Source: an uncultured virus (IMG/VR IMGVR_UViG_3300042569_003179) (Duplodnaviria; Heunggongvirae; Uroviricota; Caudoviricetes). Taken from it: a stretch of 20,000 bases of DNA. A program made the position numbers and the translations under genes. Shown in pieces: positions 7,249 to 14,359 of the stretch; within the stretch, counting starts at the first letter, position 1, and every line of letters starts with the position of its first letter. The notes under the pieces are model-generated. The model saw only the letters and a program-made list of their open reading frames with translations. It made no database searches and was not told the origin of the DNA. The stretch lies in IMG/VR virus record IMGVR_UViG_3300042569_003179. One strand, written 5' to 3'.

Positions 7249-7329
7249 TGCCCACCGGGGGACTCGAACCCCCACGCCTTTCGGCACATGGGCCTAAACC
7301 ATGCGTGACTTCCATTCCACCAGGCAGGC
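7249..7329 (-). tRNA. trnL: tRNA-Leu(UAG)
   Basis: GCCTGCC/GGTGGGC-A, CATGG-TTTAGGC-CCATG, long variable arm. Confidence 0.93.
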
Positions 7330-7359
7330 TTTTTTCTAGGGGTTTTTCAAAGAAAAACA

Positions 7360-7517
7360 TTGAAGTGGAGAGGCTTGAACTCTCAATGTTAAGATTGCGT
7401 CTGGCTGCTACTTAACAGGTGGTTTCAACCATGAGCCAGGAAGTTGCTATTAGCATTTACAACCCCATCCGTATCGGCTGATTCCACACCCCCGTATACC
7501 AGTTCCGGCACACTTCT
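7360..7517 (-). ncRNA. enlarged tRNA-like (tmRNA-like?) RNA C (158 nt)
   Basis: (A)GAAGTG/CACTTC(A)-A, Leu-like D arm CCG-GAACTGGTATA-CGG, GAGAG-TTCAAGC-CTCTC; pseudoknotted insert. Confidence 0.75.
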
Positions 7518-7535
7518 TCTTTCCTTAGAAAGAAA

Positions 7536-7616
7536 CTGGAGCGGAAGGACTCGAACCTTCATTGTCTTTCGACACTCGTTAACAGCGAGTTGCATTTCCA
7601 ATTATGCTACACCCCA
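7536..7616 (-). tRNA. trnN: tRNA-Asn(GUU) with long variable arm
   Basis: TGGGGTG/CGCTCCA-G, ACTCG-CTGTTAA-CGAGT, variable region GTC-GAAA-GAC-AAT. Confidence 0.88.
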
Positions 7617-7777
7617 TTACACCCTGCGTTACGGCAGGGGACAGTAGGAAACACTCTGGGGTCGCATTGCGTCCCGGTGTGAGTACGAATCGTTACTTAA
7701 ACCGGTTATTACTGACCCTTAGCTGCAAACCGGAAACCTGTGCTAAAGGACTTTTTCCTTTCCCGTTAGGGAAAGAA

Positions 7778-7851
7778 TGGGAGCGGTCGGGATCGAACCG
7801 ACGACCTATCGGTTATCAACCGAGTGCTCTAGACCGCTGAGCTACGCTCCC
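7778..7851 (-). tRNA. trnI: tRNA-Ile(GAU)
   Basis: GGGAGCG/CGCTCCC-A, loop TTGATAA, GTCGG-TTCGATC-CCGAC. Confidence 0.95.
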
Positions 7852-7917
7852 TTGGTGTTAAATTGTCTAGTTTCTGTCAATGGCGTAACCAGTGGCGTTA
7901 CTACCAGCGACACCCTT

Positions 7918-7946
7918 AGTATAGGGTCTTGCCCCGGTAAAGTAAA
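7918..7946 (-). promoter_or_regulatory. sigma70-like tRNA-operon promoter
   Basis: TTTACT-17-TATACT. Confidence 0.6.
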
Positions 7947-8057
7947 GGACGGTTTGCCGCCCCCACCTTACGGACTTTTTCGCGTTTTTCGCTTAGCGAA
8001 AGTTGCCTTGCGATTAAACCTTACCAGGGTTAGCTGGTGGGTTAATCTTAGAGCAAA

Positions 8058-8184
8058 TTGACTACCGAGGACTTGCACCTCGACCCCCTCTGTCCAAAAC
8101 TACTCGCAGGTACGGAACTTGGCCTTCGTTCTATCTTACTGCTTTCGCCCAAAGGGACATGCTGACTTCTAACACTCGTAGTCA
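8058..8184 (-). ncRNA. enlarged tRNA-like RNA D (127 nt)
   Basis: Perfect TGACTAC/GTAGTCA-A acceptor, CGAGG-TGCAAGT-CCTCG T arm, D-like GTGTT/AGCAT hairpin, CCCTTTG/CAGAGGG helix enclosing ~55 nt. Confidence 0.7.
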
Positions 8185-8346
8185 AAGTCCATTTTACGTC
8201 AGGGCGGACACACCCCGTTTGCCTTTGGAAAACCAAAGATTTAACCTACCTAGATTTACCCTCTTACACGATAACTCGTTTTGATGCAATCTCCCGATCT
8301 GCAGAGGCAAAGTAGGCTAGCCCCGTGGATTAATCCCATAGGGCCA

Positions 8347-8420
8347 TACTCTAGAAGGGATTCGAACCCTCGATTTCCTGCTTGAAAGGCAGGCGACTTA
8401 GACCGCTTGTCCACTAGAGC
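8347..8420 (-). tRNA. trnE: tRNA-Glu(UUC)
   Basis: GCTCTAG/CTAGAGT-A, CCTGC-CTTTCAA-GCAGG. Confidence 0.95.
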
Positions 8421-8511
8421 CTATGCCGCATTGCTCCGGATACCGGAGTTACGGCTTTTGGCAATTAGGTTGTCAAGTTGCGTTGCTCGGGGTTGTGTCC
8501 CTTACCTCTGT

Positions 8512-8556
8512 ATTATAGGTTGCTGGCCCTGGCAAGTAAAGGGCGGTTAACCGAAC
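8512..8556 (-). promoter_or_regulatory. sigma70-like promoter heading the RNA cluster, with CGGTTAACCG palindrome
   Basis: TTTACT-17-TATAAT; upstream GTTCGGTTAACCGCCC identical to 6611-6626. Confidence 0.7.
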
Positions 8557-8727
8557 CTTGCGCATGGGGAAAATTTCGGGAGGGGGCGTAAGCCCCCGAC
8601 CTGGGACGGGCGCCGTAGGCGATTGCCCGGACCCAACACCACCCAGCATCATGGCGCCAAGGGTAATACCCACTGATGCCACAACCTTCCAGGTATTATA
8701 CCCCCCCCTATAATCAGCATTATACTA

Positions 8728-9501
8728 CTAAGCAACAAAATCCCCTAGCTGAATCCTGCCCTCCGGCACCCATTCTTTGACAATGGCCCTAATTATGGGC
8801 TTATTCGGTCTATACTGGGGGGGAATATCCGACATGTCCAAACTCTCGGGTCCAACCAAAACCCGTTGACGCTTAATGTAGGTCCCATGGGTGAATGCCC
8901 TAGGGAGTTCTTCCCATGGTTTCCCTATTTGTTTCAGCAAGGTTTTCATTTCTTCGCAAGTTACCCCTTGAAGGTCCTTATGTGAAAATAAACTCTGGGC
9001 ATACATTGACACTGAGTTTTTCGTAGCGTCATTGAGCCTCCATAGGAAGTTCTTATAGACGTATTCCAAATTAGGGACATTCCATACCCTGCAGTCAAAT
9101 ACGGGGTACTGGCCTACCTTTTCAGGGAGATATTCAGGTAAGTTTCCTGTGAAAAATGCCCCCGCTGTCGAGGCCAGTATTGATGTCAGCTTCTGGTATT
9201 TGCCCCTAAATAGAAATTCCCTATTGGAGTAATTCCGCTTGTCAAGATGCCAATACAAAGTTATCTCATCGGATTGGCAATACCCTAGTAAAGCCTCACT
9301 TTCGGTAACAAGGTGCCTTGTGGTAGCAACCATTAGGTTAACGAATCGCTCATCAAACGGCTTTTGGAGGTTATGGGTAAACGAACTAAAGGTCCTCCCA
9401 TCGATGCGGCACATTAAAGGGCGGAAGGGATTTGCAGTCCTGCCTGCCTCTTTTTGCTCTTGTTCTTTTAGGGTGTCGCCCAGGGTGTCAGTGTGTGGCA
9501 T
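8728..9501 (-). CDS. thg1: tRNA(His) guanylyltransferase Thg1-like protein (TLP, 3'-5' polymerase)
   Basis: RIDGRTFSSFT, KPFD, YCQSDEITL, FDCRV, WR..DATKNS and FSHKDLQG motifs. Confidence 0.95.
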   Translation of the reverse strand: MPHTDTLGDTLKEQEQKEAGRTANPFRPLMCRIDGRTFSSFTHNLQKPFDERFVNLMVATTRHLVTESEALLGYCQSDEITLYWHLDKRNYSNREFLFRGKYQKLTSILASTAGAFFTGNLPEYLPEKVGQYPVFDCRVWNVPNLEYVYKNFLWRLNDATKNSVSMYAQSLFSHKDLQGVTCEEMKTLLKQIGKPWEELPRAFTHGTYIKRQRVLVGPESLDMSDIPPQYRPNKPIIRAIVKEWVPEGRIQLGDFVA

Positions 9502-9595
9502 TTTGTTTTGCTGTGAGTTTTTCTATGGTTGGCTGGTATTAGTAATTTGTATCTTAGGTTAATTTCAACGTTAAAGGATATGTACATTGTGCGGT

Positions 9596-9985
9596 TTAAG
9601 GTTGGTTGCTAGAGAGACTTGCTGTTGAAAAAATAACGTTGTCTTGAGAAGGTTTGAGTTTCATGTATACCCTAGTGAGAAACTCCTGGGGTTCAGTGGG
9701 GTTGTTCCAGTATATGGGTTTGTACTCGTTATAGATCAAGTCGCCCCGTGAGTGGAATCTAACGTACCTCTCAAGAATCTCAAAATTAAAATTAAAATAA
9801 CTGGATAGGATTTCCTCCCCGTCTTGTTCTCTGACTTTCAGTTTGCGGTCTCTTCGAATGTAGTACACCAAATAATCACTCTTTCGGGTGAAAAGCCTGC
9901 GAAGAAACCCGGAATCTCTAAACTCAAATGCCACTTCATAATTGTAACGGTCGAAGTTGAAATTGCTGAGGCTTACGTTTATCAT
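9596..9985 (-). CDS. hypothetical protein (129 aa)
   Basis: ATG ORF in operon. Confidence 0.7.
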   Translation of the reverse strand: MINVSLSNFNFDRYNYEVAFEFRDSGFLRRLFTRKSDYLVYYIRRDRKLKVREQDGEEILSSYFNFNFEILERYVRFHSRGDLIYNEYKPIYWNNPTEPQEFLTRVYMKLKPSQDNVIFSTASLSSNQP

Positions 9986-9994
9986 TTTTATCCC

Positions 9995-10300
9995 CTACGA
10001 ATAATATTTAAGATAGCCCACATCATCGTAGGCCTTAAACCAATCCCTCACCCAGAGTTCAGGGTTTTCCTGGTTTTCTGGCACCATTACGTTGAGTAAG
10101 CCACCCCTCAGTAATGCCCTACCATACACCCCCCCAACATAAGCCCAAGCGTGTCTTGGATCCCCCTTAAGCATAGCATGGAGCTTATCCACGGCTTTCT
10201 CTAGGTTGACGCAACCACGTCTGTAGCAAGGTTTCATTTCTTCTTGAGTCACGTATTTTAGAAATAAATCTGAAGCATTGGCAAAGGTTTCAGGGTCCAT
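9995..10300 (-). CDS. hypothetical protein (101 aa)
   Basis: ATG 6 nt after a -10 box (possibly leaderless). Confidence 0.75.
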   Translation of the reverse strand: MDPETFANASDLFLKYVTQEEMKPCYRRGCVNLEKAVDKLHAMLKGDPRHAWAYVGGVYGRALLRGGLLNVMVPENQENPELWVRDWFKAYDDVGYLKYYS

Positions 10301-10306
10301 GTTGCT

Positions 10307-10336
10307 ATTTTAGCATGGGTATCGGCAAGCTGTCAA
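10307..10336 (-). promoter_or_regulatory. sigma70-like promoter
   Basis: TTGACA-18-TAAAAT, extended -10 TG. Confidence 0.6.
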
Positions 10337-10358
10337 AAAAAGGGGGGGCAAGGGCCCC
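10335..10358 (-). terminator. intrinsic terminator after ligase
   Basis: GGGGC-CCTT-GCCCC then CCC and T7. Confidence 0.5.
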
Positions 10359-10361
10359 AAC

Positions 10362-11489
10362 TTAAAATCCCCCCTTCTCAGTCTCCCTGAGGGCCACTCC
10401 GACCGGGAAAATCGGGACACCACTTGCACTCAGTTCTTGATACCGGACTGTAAGGTACTTTGTTGTTGACAATATGTCCTCACGATTTTCGTAAAGAGAC
10501 CTGCGGTATTCCATATCGCCTTCTGGCACGACAGTAAAGGTTTCAGTCTCAGTGGCTTTACATACAAAGATCGAAGCACTTTTGAACCGGCCACCCCCTT
10601 CGATAATGTCAAGGACTTCAAACTCACCGTCCACGAAATCCTTCACCTTTTGCAACTGGTTGTTCCGGTGTCCGATATCATACCCGCCAAGGTCGAACCT
10701 GACCATCGAACCCTCGTACCCGGAGTCAACGAATTGACTGTGGTGAAAAATAACGTCAGATGGGGACTCCACCTCGGCAGTAGGGGTTAGTATAATGTGT
10801 GATTCTCCCAAGGGAACCAGACTCTTCAAAATTTCAAACCGTTCGGAGAAAGGTCTCGAAGGATCAACAATGTCGTAGACCCAGTATACAAGCGTGGGGG
10901 ACAACTCGGGACGAAACTTCTTGATCGCAGTCATTGTCTTTTGTAACAGAGGGTTTCCCGGCAGAATGAGTTCCCCGTCCAGGATCACCCCTGGTGGCAA
11001 TTTTCTGATTTCCTCTTTAATATGTGCGATACACTCCGGAATAATCAACTTGCCACCGCGAGACCACCCCCCACTATTGTCGAGTAGCATCCGTTGTCCG
11101 TTCAGTTTAGGTTGCACGAATGCGGGCCAGGTTACCTTGTGGCCACGGTCCGAAAACTTATGGGCTAGCATTGGTAAGGGCAAAACCTCGGGCTCCTGCC
11201 CGATTTCAGCATATCCTTTATCAATTTGCTTTTTAAAGTCGCGCTCAATTTCTAGGTGGGCTTGTTGCTCCGCTGTGGTTGCGTTGGCCCGTCCGACATT
11301 TTTGGGATACACACAGTAAGGATCACTAAATTGCAAGGCTGAGCTTGAGCCATCATTATTTGTTTGCCAATAGGACGATTGTGTAAACCACCTATCCACG
11401 CTACTAAAAAGGACGTGCCCTTGCCAGAACTTGGCTTTACCGGTGCGGGTTGTTGACTGGAGGACTGGGGTGCTGTGTACGATTTTCAT
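10362..11489 (-). CDS. lig: ATP-dependent DNA ligase with N-terminal WGR-like domain
   Basis: Motif I QPKLNG, III ILDGEL, IIIa YWVYDI, IV EGSMVR, V LQKVK; C-terminal OB domain ending TVRYQELS..GVPIFP. Confidence 0.92.
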   Translation of the reverse strand: MKIVHSTPVLQSTTRTGKAKFWQGHVLFSSVDRWFTQSSYWQTNNDGSSSALQFSDPYCVYPKNVGRANATTAEQQAHLEIERDFKKQIDKGYAEIGQEPEVLPLPMLAHKFSDRGHKVTWPAFVQPKLNGQRMLLDNSGGWSRGGKLIIPECIAHIKEEIRKLPPGVILDGELILPGNPLLQKTMTAIKKFRPELSPTLVYWVYDIVDPSRPFSERFEILKSLVPLGESHIILTPTAEVESPSDVIFHHSQFVDSGYEGSMVRFDLGGYDIGHRNNQLQKVKDFVDGEFEVLDIIEGGGRFKSASIFVCKATETETFTVVPEGDMEYRRSLYENREDILSTTKYLTVRYQELSASGVPIFPVGVALRETEKGGF

Positions 11490-11536
11490 TTCTTTTGGGG
11501 GGGTTTAACTCGCGTTGTGGATCAGTTCCGGGTAAA

Positions 11537-11782
11537 TCATTCGCTGTCATCAACCTCGAAGTAGTCGTTAAGTCTCATGGACAGTTCACGGGGAATTTTC
11601 ACTTCCTGCCCATACCGCATATCCGCTAACCATACCTCTTCAAGAAGATCCTTGGCCTTTTGAAGATCTTGAATCTCTTCAACCAGCTTAAGTAACGAGT
11701 CAATGTTCGGGTGATTTCTCATGGCTCTAGGGTCGTTTCTTTGGGGGGTGCAGTAGCCGCCTTTCAGCGACGATTGTCTCAT
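11537..11782 (-). CDS. hypothetical protein (81 aa, MRQSSLKGG...)
   Basis: ATG one base after the upstream TAG. Confidence 0.65.
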   Translation of the reverse strand: MRQSSLKGGYCTPQRNDPRAMRNHPNIDSLLKLVEEIQDLQKAKDLLEEVWLADMRYGQEVKIPRELSMRLNDYFEVDDSE

Positions 11783-11783
11783 A

Positions 11784-12168
11784 CTAATACTCTTGTTTGT
11801 CGCCAAGGGTCACATTTGTGCCGTTCAGAGCAATGAAGGGTCTACCGCACACTCCCCAGTCTGCTATCCAGAGTGGCGTGGTGGGGGTCATCTTATACTC
11901 TCCGCCTTTGTACCCAACGAAAGTCCTTCCTACCAGTTTTTTACACATTGCAAGAAGGGTCTTGGATGGGACTTCCCCAGGCTCTTGCTCAAAGGCTAAA
12001 TCGGAATAATACCCACGGTAAGAGTGGGGGGGAAGTCAGGTTGGCAACTGGGTGGTCATCTGTGTACTCCAAGTAGGAAATTAAGTTGCCAAGTGTAAGG
12101 TGAGTTTCTGAGCGAAGCGCTGCTGCATCACGTAGAATTCCTTCTGCAGGGCTATCGAATCGGTTCAT
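11784..12168 (-). CDS. conserved phage protein (127 aa) with +1 frameshift at G7 run 12026-12032
   Basis: Removing one G gives MNRFDSPAEG...LTLGNLISYL...SPHSYRGYYSDLAF...GRTFVGYKGGEYKMTPTTPLWIA...QEY*; 385 nt = 128 codons + 1. Confidence 0.75.
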
Positions 12169-12268
12169 TTTGTACGGTAGAATTTTGCTAGATTAGGGGG
12201 GGCTTAAAACTATACAAACTCGTGAAGGAAATAATCAATGGAAATCCCACAGCAGGTAGAATTGCTCC

Positions 12269-12538
12269 TCAGTCATTGCTTTCAAGCATTTTAATGGCGT
12301 TCACGAAGGTTTCTTCACCGATGTCACCGCTGTACAGGCGATCAATATGCCTCATTACTCGTGCAGTCTCTCGAATGATGAGCAGTTTGCTACAGAGGAT
12401 CGAAAGAACTTCACGCGATAGGTGCGCTCCGCCGTTTTCATCGTACTCGTTGAAGTCGATTGCGTTTTCTAGCTCGTCGGCAAATTGCTCGACTTTGAAG
12501 TAAATGTAACCGTTTTCGTTAAAGTGTCCACCTGACAT
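12269..12538 (-). CDS. conserved phage hypothetical protein (MSGGHF... type)
   Basis: MSGGHF start and IDRLYSGDIGEETF end, a pattern recognised from phage proteins. Confidence 0.8.
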   Translation of the reverse strand: MSGGHFNENGYIYFKVEQFADELENAIDFNEYDENGGAHLSREVLSILCSKLLIIRETARVMRHIDRLYSGDIGEETFVNAIKMLESND

Positions 12539-12622
12539 GTTGTTGTTTTGATAGTTTTAACTGACTTTAGAGTTTTCCGACAGATTCGGATTTTTCTGTG
12601 GGGGGGTTCTACCCCCTTATCA

Positions 12623-12916
12623 TCAAACTTCCGTAAATCCTTTTTTCTTTTGCTTTTTAACGTCCCGCTCAATTTCCAAATATGCTTGCTGCTCAGCAGA
12701 GATTTCAGTGGATTTACCTACGTTTTTGGCCTCTACGGGGAAAGCTTCGCTCCATTGTGTAACCGACATAGTGCCGTCAACTTTCTGTCTCCAGAAAGAC
12801 ACTTGGGTAAACCACCCTCCGGCGTCATTGGAAATGATGTGACCTTGCCAAAACTTGGGATCACCTGAACGGGCGATTATTGCTTGGAGGACTGGTGTGC
12901 TGTGTACGATTTTCAT
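12623..12916 (-). CDS. stand-alone paralog of the DNA ligase N-terminal (WGR-like) domain, 97 aa
   Basis: Shares MKIVHSTPVLQ, KFWQGH, WFTQ, KNVG and AEQQAxLEIERD.KKQ..KG with the ligase N-terminus. Confidence 0.85.
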   Translation of the reverse strand: MKIVHSTPVLQAIIARSGDPKFWQGHIISNDAGGWFTQVSFWRQKVDGTMSVTQWSEAFPVEAKNVGKSTEISAEQQAYLEIERDVKKQKKKGFTEV

Positions 12917-13041
12917 GGTTGGGGTGGTAATGGGGATAATGGGAAGGATAAGGGGAGATAACGGGAAGGACAGGATGCAGTGCAAGGACTAGATGGCACA
13001 ATACCATCTCCATACCCAGTGTAGCACACTTTGCGGCCCTG

Positions 13042-13959
13042 TCAAGACAAGGCAAGCATCTTCTCAAGGGGCTTCAAAGCCTTCAATCTTAACCCCCCTT
13101 CAAGTTTAATCTCGGGTGTCAAATCCCGCAGACAATTGCGAACTTTTTCCAGAGTGCTTAACTTCATCCATGGGCAGTCATTACAACTACAGCCATCTCG
13201 GCCAGGGACATCTAGGAATACCTTGTTGGGTGCAACCTGACTCATCTTGTGGATAATTCCTGGTTCTGTCAGGACGATGAATGTTTCTGCCGGGCTATCT
13301 TTCACCCTTTGCAGTAAAGCACTGGTAGAGCCCACAAAATCAGCAAGGCGCAATAACGCTTCTTCGCATTCCGGGTGGGCAATAACTTCGCAGCCAGGGT
13401 TGGCTGTCCAGAGATCCATCAACGCTTCTTCGCTGAAAGCTTCGTGTACCTGGCAGCTGCCATCCCATAAAGTCAAATTTCGACCTGTTTGCTCAGCTAC
13501 CCATCGCCCCAAATTTCTATCCGGTGCGAACAAAATGGGCCTGTCAGCGGGAATCTGGTTTACCAGGCGCACCGCATTACTGCTAGTGCAGATAAGATCG
13601 CTCTGGGCCTTAATCGCTGCTGAACAGTTTATGTAACTGACTACATAGTGGTCGGGGTGCTCTGCACGAAACTTGGAAAAGTCACCCGGTAAACAAGCAT
13701 CAGCCAAGCTACAACCTGCATTGATATCAGGAAGTAAGACGGTCTTCGATGGGTTAACAATCTTGGCAGTTTCAGCCATGAAGTGAACACCGCAAAACAC
13801 AATCGTGTCTGTATTTGTCCCAGCAGCTTGGCGGGCAAGCTCAAGGGAATCCCCTACAAAATCCGCAATTTCCTGAATGGCTGGTTCCTGGTAGTAGTGG
13901 GCCAGGATTACTGCGTTACGTTGCTTTCTCAGCTTAAGAATCTCTTCGACCGGGTTCAT
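13042..13959 (-). CDS. nadA: quinolinate synthase NadA
   Basis: [55 protein letters not shown] and CPWMK motifs; Fe-S cysteines present. Confidence 0.97.
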   Translation of the reverse strand: MNPVEEILKLRKQRNAVILAHYYQEPAIQEIADFVGDSLELARQAAGTNTDTIVFCGVHFMAETAKIVNPSKTVLLPDINAGCSLADACLPGDFSKFRAEHPDHYVVSYINCSAAIKAQSDLICTSSNAVRLVNQIPADRPILFAPDRNLGRWVAEQTGRNLTLWDGSCQVHEAFSEEALMDLWTANPGCEVIAHPECEEALLRLADFVGSTSALLQRVKDSPAETFIVLTEPGIIHKMSQVAPNKVFLDVPGRDGCSCNDCPWMKLSTLEKVRNCLRDLTPEIKLEGGLRLKALKPLEKMLALS

Positions 13960-13971
13960 TGCTTTTTGGGG

Positions 13972-14217
13972 TTATGTGTCAGGTTGTTCAACTGAACGGT
14001 CACTAAACGGGGTAGAACTTGTCATGGTAATTAGAACCGATTTCAGTTCGTTCCCCTGGTTTATTAATTCTAGACCCCCATCAGATTCCCACCGAGGTGC
14101 AATCCGATAGTATACATAAGGTTCCGTTAGAGCTTCCAAGCTATATTCTTTCCTCCCTTTAAGGTAGTCTAAGATAATCTCCTCTATTTGATTAGAGGTT
14201 AGGCAGATTGTTTTCAT
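13972..14217 (-). CDS. small hypothetical protein (MKTICLTSNQIEE...)
   Basis: ORF; start uncertain (14217 or 14259). Confidence 0.65.
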   Translation of the reverse strand: MKTICLTSNQIEEIILDYLKGRKEYSLEALTEPYVYYRIAPRWESDGGLELINQGNELKSVLITMTSSTPFSDRSVEQPDT

Positions 14218-14359
14218 GTAACGCGGGTTTGGCGTTAGCGGAAATTGGGGTGGGTACATTTATTGGGGCTCTGTGGCTATGTGCTAGATTGTCAAACTGA
14301 ACGAGAATTAAATGGGGGTGGAGCCTAACAACACGTTCCGCTCCGCCGTACGCACTAAA

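Noticed and set aside
7617..7777. HDV-like (theta) or hammerhead ribozymes in tRNA trailers
   Set aside because: Could not fit the nested double-pseudoknot or CUGANGA/GAAA cores by eye; an Infernal scan would be needed.
6687..8236. ORF-track ORFs across the RNA cluster (e.g. 6687-6944, 7024-7218, 7172-7360, 7176-7415, 8048-8236)
   Set aside because: They overlap tRNAs and structured RNAs. Only the last 20 codons of 7024-7218 are considered, as a possible tag frame.
1261..8420. Suppressor tRNAs or stop-codon recoding
   Set aside because: No CUA, UUA or UCA anticodons were found; TAA, TAG and TGA all terminate intact genes.
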